From positions 1 through 64,000 of the IMG/VR virus record IMGVR_UViG_3300048599_000388: a stretch of DNA of 64,000 nt; one strand, 5' to 3'. Source of the DNA: a virus. The notes under the pieces are model-generated. The model saw nothing but the letters and a program-made list of their open reading frames with translations, was not told where the DNA came from and made no database searches. This document shows, piece by piece, positions 17,150 to 26,308 of this stretch (positions are counted from its first letter, which is position 1; every line of letters begins with the position of its first letter). Both the position numbers and the translations under genes were made by a program.

Positions 17150-17234
17150 CCTTGGGGCGGGACTCGAACCCGCTCATCTATTTTTAGCACTAGTAACCTA
17201 CTCACAGCGCCCAGATTCCGCTACTGGCCCAAGG
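17150..17234 (-). tRNA. tRNA-like gene, 85 nt, isotype unresolved (non-canonical core)
   Basis: Perfect 7-bp acceptor CCTTGGG/CCCAAGG and canonical T-arm GCGGG-TTCGAGT-CCCGC; D-like AGCG-GAATCTGGG-CGCT; I could not fold a standard anticodon arm; no encoded CCA. Confidence 0.5.
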
Positions 17235-17237
17235 GGG

Positions 17238-17426
17238 TTATATATCGTACCATTTTGGCAATCTCCAGCCACGGTATTGGATGTACAAAGTCGATTCAAT
17301 GACAGCATTCATAAGATGCGCTCTTGGCAACCATCCCCCTATTATGATGTCCGGGTCTCCTGTTGTAGCCTCGTAATACATGGCCATAATCAGGATTGTG
17401 GATTCTCGCCAATCTTCGTACATCAT
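17238..17426 (-). CDS. Small protein, paralog of 18473..18751
   Basis: Shared YE-WRE..L.AM...T.G motif; ATGA overlap with the upstream acetyltransferase. Confidence 0.45.
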   Translation of the reverse strand: MMYEDWRESTILIMAMYYEATTGDPDIIIGGWLPRAHLMNAVIESTLYIQYRGWRLPKWYDI

Positions 17427-17923
17427 ACTTTCTTCACCATCTTATCCACACGTACCATGATGCGCGCAGGATTGCCAGCCACTGTGGAACCGCTTGGCAC
17501 GTCCTTGGTTACGACCGCACCAGCCGCAACGAAGCTGCGCTCGTGCAAGGTAATACCGGGTAATATTGTTGCATTTGCGCCTATGGACACATCGTCTTCA
17601 ACAACTGTCTTCTCAGGTACAAACCGTTCTCTACTCGGTGGCTCACGGTCATTCGTGAACCGAACCCCAGGTCCAACAAAAACGCGATCTCCAATCGTCA
17701 CACCAGGCGGGATAAATACGTGACTCTGAATCAAACAATCCTCTCCAATGACAACGCCCTTCCCTATCTCCGTGAACGCACCAATTTTGGTCCGTGCCCC
17801 AATAGTGCATCCCCACAAATTGACTAAATTGGGTTGCGGTATTTTTACGTTTTGCTCAATTTCACATCGTTCGATGGGCATGAGAAACAATACACCTTTC
17901 TTTGGCATCTTCAATTCGTCCAT
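17423..17923 (-). CDS. Hexapeptide-repeat sugar N/O-acetyltransferase (WbpD/QdtC-like)
   Basis: Left-handed beta-helix repeats; GANATILPGITL..AAGAVVTKDVP..VAGNPARI. Confidence 0.75.
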   Translation of the reverse strand: MDELKMPKKGVLFLMPIERCEIEQNVKIPQPNLVNLWGCTIGARTKIGAFTEIGKGVVIGEDCLIQSHVFIPPGVTIGDRVFVGPGVRFTNDREPPSRERFVPEKTVVEDDVSIGANATILPGITLHERSFVAAGAVVTKDVPSGSTVAGNPARIMVRVDKMVKKV

Positions 17924-18467
17924 CTTCAGCCTTTAGACCATACGCCAACAAATACTCCGGGATTTGATCCCATATCCCTGGACACATCCAATTGTCAATC
18001 CAAACCATGTCCATAATTGATTTCAACTCAGCATCAGTGGCTTCTCTACATTCTCCAGATAGATGGTATCTGTCAATCGGGTCCTCAATCCAAAACGGGA
18101 CCGCCTCTTTATACCACCTTGAGCATTCCTGACACAGACCAACAGAGCCACAATCTTGATAGCACGTCATTGATTTTATTTCAGTTAAAAATGTCCTGAC
18201 GGACTGCTCAATTAACCTCAAATTTTCTTGTTGTTGTGAATATGACAAGGAGTCTTTATCTGGCAAAAATGGATAGTAAAAAACTGGACCATCAGGAGAT
18301 AGCAGGGCCTTAACAGTCCCTTTCGTGAACTTAAAAACAATCTGCTTATATAGGGATATCGGGGAGTCGTGTAATCTGGAATCTAATATATCCCCCCAAC
18401 GGCTAGTGTGCGTGGGCACTTCGGTGATCATTTCTATTGATTGCAAAACAGAAAATCTTGCATCCAT
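17862..18467 (-). CDS. Hypothetical protein (Cys-rich)
   Basis: 201-aa co-oriented ORF. Confidence 0.45.
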   Translation of the reverse strand: MDARFSVLQSIEMITEVPTHTSRWGDILDSRLHDSPISLYKQIVFKFTKGTVKALLSPDGPVFYYPFLPDKDSLSYSQQQENLRLIEQSVRTFLTEIKSMTCYQDCGSVGLCQECSRWYKEAVPFWIEDPIDRYHLSGECREATDAELKSIMDMVWIDNWMCPGIWDQIPEYLLAYGLKAEDGRIEDAKERCIVSHAHRTM

Positions 18468-18472
18468 ATGTT

Positions 18473-18751
18473 CTACCCCATATCAATCCATGCACGCTCT
18501 TCTGCAAACAGAATGTCGAGCCCATTACACATCGCCACTATTCCAGGGACGAACTCATACGCCCACAACCCCATAGCGCAAACTGGTTCATCAAATCCGT
18601 TTGTCACACTCCCTGCGCACCACATGGCCATTAGCGCGTCCTCTCGCCACGATTCATAGGTCACGTCCGTTATATGTCGCTTCACGTTCTCATCGTTCTC
18701 ATTCATCATGCTCATTCCCGCAAAAATTGTTGCGCCACCAAATCTGTTCAC
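18473..18751 (-). CDS. Small protein, paralog of 17238..17426
   Basis: TYESWREDALMAMW... motif; start probably at an internal Met (about 18706-18715). Confidence 0.4.
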   Translation of the reverse strand: MNRFGGATIFAGMSMMNENDENVKRHITDVTYESWREDALMAMWCAGSVTNGFDEPVCAMGLWAYEFVPGIVAMCNGLDILFAEERAWIDMG

Positions 18752-19463
18752 CGCGTTTCCGTTTGAACATTACGCTCGGCGTGTTTATTGGGTTTAAATA
18801 GCTGATATCTTGGCACGGTGCAATGGAATATTTCGGATGTTTCAATAATCGTTGGGTCATTTGATTGCCGGTTCCTGAGCCACACCTGAAGTTGTCGGAC
18901 CATTTCGAACCGTTCCCGTGTCCAATCGGTTCAAGTTCAAAATTGAGCGCCTCAAATAACTGACGCGTAGCGATGTATGCCTCATCAACATATCGACACG
19001 TTCCCCAGTTGCGTAGTAGCGTACATCCGATATTCATGGCAACAATACGCTCATCTGCGTCTCGTAACCGCTTAAAATGAGTCGTCACGCGTTCAAAAAA
19101 CCGGTCGCACGGCATACAGTCATCAGGCATGGATATCGCATACGCATAATGGAGAGAGCGCGTATAAGAGAGTAGGGTGTTTTTTGTCTTCCAAAAGCCC
19201 CGCACTCCATTATTCTGCGTATTTTTTATCAACACGACCTGATAACGCGCATATCCATTTTTTTGGCCATATACCCGGTCAATAGCAGCGTAATCGCTCA
19301 AACCCTTTGACGAACCATCGTCAAGAATGATGTGGACAACTCGGACGCGCATATCATCTCGATTAGCTTCCACATTCAACTTATCGCAAACCGACCGCAT
19401 CAGCCCACCACGGTTGAACGTCGGCGTGAGAAGGAGATGGGAGAATGTGGACGAGTCTGCCAT
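18699..19463 (-). CDS. GT-A (family 2-like) glycosyltransferase candidate
   Basis: LLLTPTFNRG ... HIILDDGSS. Confidence 0.45.
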   Translation of the reverse strand: MADSSTFSHLLLTPTFNRGGLMRSVCDKLNVEANRDDMRVRVVHIILDDGSSKGLSDYAAIDRVYGQKNGYARYQVVLIKNTQNNGVRGFWKTKNTLLSYTRSLHYAYAISMPDDCMPCDRFFERVTTHFKRLRDADERIVAMNIGCTLLRNWGTCRYVDEAYIATRQLFEALNFELEPIGHGNGSKWSDNFRCGSGTGNQMTQRLLKHPKYSIAPCQDISYLNPINTPSVMFKRKRGEQIWWRNNFCGNEHDE

Positions 19464-19490
19464 GGAGATGTCTTCCTGTCGTATGATACC

Positions 19491-20141
19491 CTACAATATC
19501 TTGCGCTTTTCCAATCTCTTCGCCTCACGCCACGTGTGGAGTTCGTTCAACGTCTTGAATATGGGTATGCCCATTTCTTGCGCAATCTCTATTTCCCTCT
19601 TTGTCCCTTTAGAGTCTTCCCAACCCTGGACGAGCAATACCGCATCAGACTTCAACAAATGCGCAATCCCCACACGCTGAAAGTCTTCAACAGGAATGTC
19701 TCGGACAACGGCCCACTCCCAATCGTTCCAAGGGCAATATGGATTATATCCAGACAGCACGAGGTCAATGCATACCCGCCGTCCCCTTCGGATATTTGCG
19801 GCCACGTCCATTATGTACCCACTGTAGGCACCAGCGACGTAAATGGTGTAAAGGCAATCATCAGGAATGTTGTGTTGTTTTTCTGTAGGAAACATGAGAC
19901 CTTTTCCCTCCATTTTGTCGCCCCAACCCCACGACTGTAGCCTGCCACTTGCAAAGGCGACAACCTCTTGATTGGAACAATCTTCCAACATGTCTTCTGG
20001 AATATCTACAGAAAGAAGACCTCCGTCCAAAAATCTATAAGTTAATTCGATAAGCCTTGGACTGACCTTAAAAATCTTCACACACTGACACGCCTCTGAA
20101 ATATCAAAATCAACCGGTCTCGCCGTCGCTAAATCTATCAT
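19491..20141 (-). CDS. DUF4406 / nucleoside 2-deoxyribosyltransferase-like protein with N-terminal extension
   Basis: IYVAGAYSG ... LLVQGWEDSKGTKREIEIAQEMGIPIF. Confidence 0.65.
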   Translation of the reverse strand: MIDLATARPVDFDISEACQCVKIFKVSPRLIELTYRFLDGGLLSVDIPEDMLEDCSNQEVVAFASGRLQSWGWGDKMEGKGLMFPTEKQHNIPDDCLYTIYVAGAYSGYIMDVAANIRRGRRVCIDLVLSGYNPYCPWNDWEWAVVRDIPVEDFQRVGIAHLLKSDAVLLVQGWEDSKGTKREIEIAQEMGIPIFKTLNELHTWREAKRLEKRKIL

Positions 20142-20620
20142 GATGCCATACCCCTCTTCCTTCTCCGTCTCTCAGCCCTGTTCCTGATTTCCATTTTAAA
20201 TTCCGGTTTGACATCCTCATCTCTCACCACTTCCCCTCGCAACCAGTCTCCTTGACCGCTCACGCGCACTTTGTGGAAATGGAGAGCCATGTTGGACATA
20301 TCGAATCGATGCTCTATACTCGCAAAATTCCCATCCGCGTCTTTCGCATACTCCCAGTATTCGGGTTCGTCTGGCTTAAACTCCATTTTGAATTCACCAC
20401 CAGACAGTACGGTATTAACAATCCCCGCGCCTTTGCCTGCCTGTAGTTTCGCAGACAGCGAAATGGTCGAGATATTGGTCTGAGACGAATCAGGCGAATC
20501 GACAATGGTTAACGTGGTCGTCTTGACCCGCATGACCAATTTGTCCACACGGATACGGTATCGCTCTATCTGCAGAATGCCCGGGGAGAAAATGACGGTG
20601 TTCATATGCCTACTCCCCAC
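20138..20620 (-). CDS. Hypothetical protein
   Basis: Co-oriented; ATGA-type overlap with neighbour. Confidence 0.45.
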   Translation of the reverse strand: MGSRHMNTVIFSPGILQIERYRIRVDKLVMRVKTTTLTIVDSPDSSQTNISTISLSAKLQAGKGAGIVNTVLSGGEFKMEFKPDEPEYWEYAKDADGNFASIEHRFDMSNMALHFHKVRVSGQGDWLRGEVVRDEDVKPEFKMEIRNRAERRRRKRGMAS

Positions 20621-20907
20621 AAACCCAATTCGCTATGAATTTTTGCATATTGACTATCTCTTTCGGAATATTTCCGTGCATAAGTCCCATAGGTTTGCAA
20701 CTGTTTTGCCAATACAAGGCGTAACTTCTGTGTTGTAATGTCTTCAATAACCTCCCATGGAATCACTGACTCAAACTGTGCTTTGGTAGGACTGATAAAC
20801 TCAAAATGAGTCAATTCCGTCAACCAGACATGCCGAATGTTGACACATTGGCAACATAGTAAATGGCAATCCTCTAATCTCAACGCTTGACGCTGTCCTG
20901 TTGTCAT
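20602..20907 (-). CDS. Hypothetical protein
   Basis: Co-oriented ORF. Confidence 0.4.
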   Translation of the reverse strand: MTTGQRQALRLEDCHLLCCQCVNIRHVWLTELTHFEFISPTKAQFESVIPWEVIEDITTQKLRLVLAKQLQTYGTYARKYSERDSQYAKIHSELGLWGVGI

Positions 20908-20913
20908 GATGCT

Positions 20914-22572
20914 CTATTTCCCTTTCCTCACCACCCACACGCACCGCGTACCGTCCCCAGTTACTCGACTCTTCTCCACAACCACACCCATCCATTTCCA
21001 CAGATTCTCGTAGTCATGGATAAAACAATGGTGCGCCAGTTTAACCTTACCAGCACGAGCCGCTTTGCTACCGATGAATGACGAAACGAACAGAGTCCCG
21101 CCATTTTTCAAGACGCGCAAATGTTCTTTTGTGAACCTATCAAGGTCTTCCGGAATGACGTGGAGCATGACATCGGTCGAAACGACCACATCGAATACTC
21201 CGTCATCGTAACTCAGCGAAATACCGTCCCAGAAATCAGGCAATTTCTCGTGCGTGCGTTCCCGATATTTGTAACGTGCCGCATTGGAAAAATCGCACGC
21301 TGTGTAACCATTGACGAATTGCAACCCCAAATCCTTCAGCGCTAAAAACGTGTTACCAATTCCGCAGCCCACCTCCAAGACACGCTGAGTGACCATGCCG
21401 TTCTGAGCACCAGTCGCTTCCAAAATACCATTGCAGAGCCATGTGGTCTCGTCACGCATCACGTTGTTGGACAAACGCGCTCCGTCTGGGAACTGTTCCC
21501 AGAAATGACGGGGTGAATAGGATCCTGCAGGACGGACAGGTAGAGCGACACCCATGCCTTTATTTTTTTCACTCCGTCCCTCCTCCACATCTTCCACCAC
21601 ATACCCGCACGCGCTCCCCTTGTTTAGCTTCAGTTTGCCCTTGCCGTAGCAATAAAAACGTAGCGCTTCCCACAACCGAGTCCCTATTGCTTCATACGAG
21701 TGGTGTTTCTCTGCCCATTCCCGGGTGTCAACCTGTAAATTTTCCAGTTCGTTGTCAGTCAGGCTCAACAATTCAACCAATTTGTCCAACATCTCGTCTT
21801 CTGTGTTGGTGACCTGCAGGCCACATTTGCCGTAATCAGCCTCGTAAAGCTCGTAATCAGCAAAATTCGTTACGACTATTTTACCAAGGGCCGCACATTC
21901 CAGAGCCGTAATACCCCAGGCACCATGCTTCTTGCCCAGGTGCGTCGGCGCTAGGCATTCGATATAAATGTCGCAATCACCCATACGCTGAATGCTCTGC
22001 TCCCAAGGCACATGCGTTGAATCGGTCGTGAACTCGAATCGATTCCGCAGTTGTGGATAACTTTTCAGCCTGTCGATAACTCGTAGGACCGCTGGTCCTC
22101 CTTTGTCTTTAAACGACCGCGGATGATGTCCAATCCTGATTTTGTTCCCCGTTATGCCGAAGCGCGGCTTGATGGATTTTAAATCGATAGCAGGCAGCAC
22201 CCACACCTCGTTTTTGGCCCCAAGTCCAAGCAGGTCGCCAGTCTGAATAATAGAACAGTCCACAAATGGGTTGAACACCGAATTAACCGCCTTGGCATTC
22301 CCCCGATACTGCGCTCCTCCATGGAATACGCACATGTGCTCGGCAGCACGTCCAACCAAGTTGCGCGAATGCATGGATATGACGATGCGCGATTTGTCGC
22401 ACAGCCCTTTCAGGTCTTTCCGTTCGACCTGACGCGCTTGTTCCGTGTAATGGAACCCATGCAGATTAAGCGTGATAGCATCAGCATCAATGCCGATGGA
22501 ACGGAGGGCCTTGCAATAGACATGACCGGCATTCGCCCAGTCATTTTCTGAAACTAACAGGACTTCAGGCAT
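20914..22572 (-). CDS. Fusion: GT-B-like glycosyltransferase N-domain plus class I SAM methyltransferase C-domain
   Basis: VLEVGCGIGNTFLAL ... FDVVVSTDVMLHV ... LKNGGTLFV; the N-terminal ~330 aa are GT-like. Confidence 0.65.
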   Translation of the reverse strand: MPEVLLVSENDWANAGHVYCKALRSIGIDADAITLNLHGFHYTEQARQVERKDLKGLCDKSRIVISMHSRNLVGRAAEHMCVFHGGAQYRGNAKAVNSVFNPFVDCSIIQTGDLLGLGAKNEVWVLPAIDLKSIKPRFGITGNKIRIGHHPRSFKDKGGPAVLRVIDRLKSYPQLRNRFEFTTDSTHVPWEQSIQRMGDCDIYIECLAPTHLGKKHGAWGITALECAALGKIVVTNFADYELYEADYGKCGLQVTNTEDEMLDKLVELLSLTDNELENLQVDTREWAEKHHSYEAIGTRLWEALRFYCYGKGKLKLNKGSACGYVVEDVEEGRSEKNKGMGVALPVRPAGSYSPRHFWEQFPDGARLSNNVMRDETTWLCNGILEATGAQNGMVTQRVLEVGCGIGNTFLALKDLGLQFVNGYTACDFSNAARYKYRERTHEKLPDFWDGISLSYDDGVFDVVVSTDVMLHVIPEDLDRFTKEHLRVLKNGGTLFVSSFIGSKAARAGKVKLAHHCFIHDYENLWKWMGVVVEKSRVTGDGTRCVWVVRKGK

Positions 22573-22756
22573 TCGGTGCCTCCGGAGGATACATCGGAAT
22601 TATTTTGATTTCATTATAAACAAAAGCATCATCACCTTTGCATGTTTGTTCAAAAGCACTTTTTCTTTCAGGAGTCGAGACAAAAAAAGGACGCCATTTC
22701 TCTCGAAAATTTCGCAGTTTTTTACGTAAGACCTTTGTCCTGTGACTCACATCCAT
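22565..22756 (-). CDS. Hypothetical small protein
   Basis: Co-oriented ORF. Confidence 0.35.
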   Translation of the reverse strand: MDVSHRTKVLRKKLRNFREKWRPFFVSTPERKSAFEQTCKGDDAFVYNEIKIIPMYPPEAPNA

Positions 22757-23686
22757 TTATACATTCCTCATCTTCAAAAACTTCGCTGGATTCCCAACCA
22801 CCACTTCACCAGCCCCCACATCATTCAGCACGTTCGCTCCGATTCCAACAAGCGCACCATCACCCACCGTCACATGCTCTCGTATGCTGACCGATGGTCC
22901 AATCCATACGTGATTCCCTATCGTCACGCTGCCAGATATCTCAGCCATGGCAATTATCAGCGTGTCCATGCCAATCTGTACGTTATGCGCAACAAACACG
23001 TGATCATCCAACTTGCTCCACGGACCTATGCGCGTATCGTCAACGGTTCCACGACAAATTACTGTGCCAGAACCAATTTCCACGTGGTCGCCAAAAACCA
23101 CCTTGCCTGTATGCGGAATCCTGAAGGGATGACCGCGCTCGTCATACTCAAAACCGCAGCCGTCTTCACCTATCACCGAATGACTCTTAATCAAGCACCC
23201 CTGATTAATCACAGCGTTATTCACACTCACATGATTCAGTATACGCGTATTGTCACCAATAATAACGTCCGGTCCAATAACAGAATAGTGACCAATGGAA
23301 ACATTATCGCCAATGTCAGCAGTCGAGTCGATAATCGCTGTCTCTGCAATCCCGTTGATGAGATTGGTGCAAAAAAACTGACTGACTACTCGGGCGAAAG
23401 AGAGGCGGGGGTTCTGAACGGGTAAGCAGGAACAACGTGGCATAATATCGGTCCCCGTCCACCCACTCTTTACTAGATTCGTCACATTCGGAATTATGGC
23501 CAATATGTTCCCAACAAACTCCAGTTTCCTTTTTACCTCTGGCGTCCATTCCCTCACAAATACCACGCCCCCACTCACCAACTTATCCAGGCTGACCGGC
23601 CGATACACATCAATATCCGGTCCATACAGGGGGAGTCGAAGGAACGACGCTATTTGTGAAGCCTTGACCATGGGGAACGTCCTCAT
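22757..23686 (-). CDS. LpxD-like hexapeptide N-acyltransferase
   Basis: Extended hexapeptide repeats; N-terminal FLRLPLYGPDIDVYRPVSLDKL..VVFV resembles the LpxD N-domain. Confidence 0.65.
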   Translation of the reverse strand: MRTFPMVKASQIASFLRLPLYGPDIDVYRPVSLDKLVSGGVVFVREWTPEVKRKLEFVGNILAIIPNVTNLVKSGWTGTDIMPRCSCLPVQNPRLSFARVVSQFFCTNLINGIAETAIIDSTADIGDNVSIGHYSVIGPDVIIGDNTRILNHVSVNNAVINQGCLIKSHSVIGEDGCGFEYDERGHPFRIPHTGKVVFGDHVEIGSGTVICRGTVDDTRIGPWSKLDDHVFVAHNVQIGMDTLIIAMAEISGSVTIGNHVWIGPSVSIREHVTVGDGALVGIGANVLNDVGAGEVVVGNPAKFLKMRNV

Positions 23687-23696
23687 ACAGAAACCA

Positions 23697-23924
23697 TCAA
23701 CATAGTCTATCTATTTCCTCTAGAATTTTGTCCTGTAAGTTACACCCACACTTGGAACACACGGGGAGGCCCTTTATACTAATGTCCGTCTTGGAATATG
23801 GCTTCGTTTGTTTTTTCAAATAAGCAACCATGAATCGGTTGTTTTGTAAACACCAATTTTTAAGACATTGCACAGAAACCACAGTAGTCGTGAAAGTATC
23901 TCTCATACCACCCACCTTATGCAC
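23697..23924 (-). CDS. Small hypothetical protein (probable start at MRDTF)
   Basis: Preceded by the repeated TGAGTGCATAAGGTGGGTGGT leader. Confidence 0.4.
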   Translation of the reverse strand: MHKVGGMRDTFTTTVVSVQCLKNWCLQNNRFMVAYLKKQTKPYSKTDISIKGLPVCSKCGCNLQDKILEEIDRLC

Positions 23925-24188
23925 TCATACGTGAGTGCTGCTCAACGAAAAATTCCTAAACCAAAAGCGCATGCATTTCGCAAACCAACTAAAACGAACC
24001 GGATGTGTTTCAGAAGTGTATCTCCAACAATGGCCATGGTTTATAGACGTACACTTTTGAAATACCGGATATTTTTCTCCAGTTATAGGGTCCACGTGAT
24101 ATTTATAAACAGCGCGACACAAATTTGACATGTAAACATTTTCTCGCCTGATGAACTTCTCGCAGTGAATACAAAATGTCCCTTCCAT
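23925..24188 (-). CDS. Small Cys-rich hypothetical protein
   Basis: ATAAGGTGGTGTG RBS block; CIHCEKF motif. Confidence 0.4.
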   Translation of the reverse strand: MEGTFCIHCEKFIRRENVYMSNLCRAVYKYHVDPITGEKYPVFQKCTSINHGHCWRYTSETHPVRFSWFAKCMRFWFRNFSLSSTHV

Positions 24189-24199
24189 CGCACACCACC

Positions 24200-24445
24200 T
24201 TATTTATATACCTCGTCCAATATCTTTCTGCATTCGGAAGAAAACTCATCTAGTTCGGCGTCAGAAACAGAGTCGAGCCCATATCCACAAACCTTATGCT
24301 CTGGACTCATGTTGCCAATATGCTTTTTGTCCGCCTCCGTAAGTCCAACAGCAACAATGCATTTCTCTGTTGCTGTAAAGGCATGAATTTCTCCTGTCAG
24401 CCTGTGTTTTATGAAAACTATCATCACACCACCCACCTTATGCAC
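24200..24445 (-). CDS. Small hypothetical protein (probable start at MIVF)
   Basis: Preceded by the same TGAGTGCATAAGGTGGGTGGT leader as 23697..23924. Confidence 0.4.
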   Translation of the reverse strand: MHKVGGVMIVFIKHRLTGEIHAFTATEKCIVAVGLTEADKKHIGNMSPEHKVCGYGLDSVSDAELDEFSSECRKILDEVYK

Positions 24446-25089
24446 TCAAAAATCTCAGCAAACTCTGTCCCGCCAACCACTCCATTGACACGTGCCCAGG
24501 ACCAAAGAAAATCCGTCTTGAAATACGGTCGCTGCGCCTGAGATTTGTATTCGGCCAGCACGCTGATTTTCTTGTCCACGTGAGCAGCGTTTAACCGTAC
24601 AATCACGTCTTTCTGCACGAGGTCCACACAGTTCCACGGATCCTGATACCCTAGCACCACGTTCCATTTGAATGCACGAACCGCCTCCTCGTAAATCACT
24701 CGATGGTCCTGGTGCACGTCCTGAGAACACGGACAAAATACAATGTGCGGTGCCCACCCACTTCTCACTGTCACGAGATATTCGAGTATGTCCTGGCGAT
24801 ATTCCTGCAGCATGTCAACAGGGTATTTAAATACCGTGCGTGCCCACGTCTCGTCTAACCCCATTACTCCACAAGCATTCTCAAACTCGTGCCTCAAGAT
24901 ATCCGGAGGGTACTGCTCGCTCACGCGCTCGTCACACGTGGAAAACACAATCGTATTAACCGATGCCCCAGAATCCAAGAGCCTCGCAATGGTCCCACCA
25001 CACCCGAGCTCATAATCGTCAGTGTGGGGAGATAGGGCGAGTACGCGTAGCGGAGTGGTACGCGAAGAGTGGGCGAAGATGTCAAACAT
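24424..25089 (-). CDS. PIG-L/LmbE-family de-N-acetylase
   Basis: LALSPHTDDYELGCGGTIARL and DVHQDHR motifs. Confidence 0.8.
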   Translation of the reverse strand: MFDIFAHSSRTTPLRVLALSPHTDDYELGCGGTIARLLDSGASVNTIVFSTCDERVSEQYPPDILRHEFENACGVMGLDETWARTVFKYPVDMLQEYRQDILEYLVTVRSGWAPHIVFCPCSQDVHQDHRVIYEEAVRAFKWNVVLGYQDPWNCVDLVQKDVIVRLNAAHVDKKISVLAEYKSQAQRPYFKTDFLWSWARVNGVVGGTEFAEIFECIRWVV

Positions 25090-26116
25090 GGAGTGCCTCG
25101 TTTGTTATGAGTTCGGACAAGTGTGCAGTCATCTGTTGCACCCGGATTGTGTTGGTATGGAAACGGCGGACCTGAGTTTGGCCGTTCATTGCTTTAACGT
25201 GTCTGTAAGCACTTTTTTTCAAACAGAAAGACAACTTATCCATCAGAATGTCATGGTCGTCATACGCCTCATAATCAAAAGAATTAAAAAGACCCAGCGC
25301 CCCCATATCCTTCGGGGGCCCGTCCGTCATATACAACGCTTCCGCTGCCATCGCCTCGAATATCCGGATATTCACGCTTCTGTGCTGGTCACACGACCCT
25401 ATCACTATTTTGGACCTCTTGAGGATATCAACGTATTGTTCATGGTAAATTCCGGTTCCTGTATATTCCAGGCCATTCGGGTTGTCTACAAATTTGAGGC
25501 AGGTGTTATACTGAGGATTATCGGCAGCCCATTTATTTAGCGCCTCAAACAGCGCCGGCCTGTTCGGATACTCAAACGAATGACCACTCATAATCGCGGT
25601 CACGTCAATGTCCTTCTTGTCGTAATCACTTAAACTTGTGCCGTACATGCCCCAATCCACGCTGAAAGGAAGCCAGACAAAGCGTGTATGCGCCGGTAAC
25701 CTTCCTACAGCCTGTCTCTCTCTCGCCACGTCCACAAATGCACGTTGAGACATAAACACGATGTCGAAATCATGGCGCCTGATAAACTCATCTTTATAAT
25801 CGTAATGTCGCGGGAAATAGTCGGTGACAACGCACGCGCTCGGGATGTCCACCTCTGCCATCCCCTTCCAATTCTTCGTGTATTGCAGACCACACGCCAG
25901 AATCACGTCAACGTTGTCTTTACCTCCAGCATTATCGACCAAGTCGCACACGCGCTTACGCGTCATCCCTTCATCTCGAAACGCGATGTGTTGGCGTGCA
26001 ATTTCCTGGACAAAGTGTTCTTTCGTCCACGCTTTAGAACGGAGAAACGAGCGAGCGAGAAGAAGGATGCGGAGGGGGAGTGACATACGTACCTCATTCC
26101 TTATGTTTAATTTCAA
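25082..26116 (-). CDS. Glycosyltransferase candidate (CgeB/GT1-type C-domain)
   Basis: IYHEQYVDILKRSKIVIGS..NIRIFEAMAAEALYMTD. Confidence 0.45.
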   Translation of the reverse strand: MKLNIRNEVRMSLPLRILLLARSFLRSKAWTKEHFVQEIARQHIAFRDEGMTRKRVCDLVDNAGGKDNVDVILACGLQYTKNWKGMAEVDIPSACVVTDYFPRHYDYKDEFIRRHDFDIVFMSQRAFVDVARERQAVGRLPAHTRFVWLPFSVDWGMYGTSLSDYDKKDIDVTAIMSGHSFEYPNRPALFEALNKWAADNPQYNTCLKFVDNPNGLEYTGTGIYHEQYVDILKRSKIVIGSCDQHRSVNIRIFEAMAAEALYMTDGPPKDMGALGLFNSFDYEAYDDHDILMDKLSFCLKKSAYRHVKAMNGQTQVRRFHTNTIRVQQMTAHLSELITNEALHV

Positions 26117-26297
26117 ATTTTATCAGGGAAATCTGTTTCCGTATTTCTAAGCAAAAATCCATCATGGTGAACATTGTCACTATTGCACAAAAGGAGATAA
26201 TCCCGATGAATACCATGTTTGGATCAGATCTATAGAAACCAAGAATAATGCTACACAACAAAATTAGTGTTGCTAAACATGTCGAAGAAAACAACAT
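26094..26297 (-). CDS. Small two-TM membrane protein
   Basis: 67 aa, hydrophobic. Confidence 0.4.
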   Translation of the reverse strand: MLFSSTCLATLILLCSIILGFYRSDPNMVFIGIISFCAIVTMFTMMDFCLEIRKQISLIKFEIKHKE

Positions 26298-26308
26298 TTG
26301 TTTTATCC

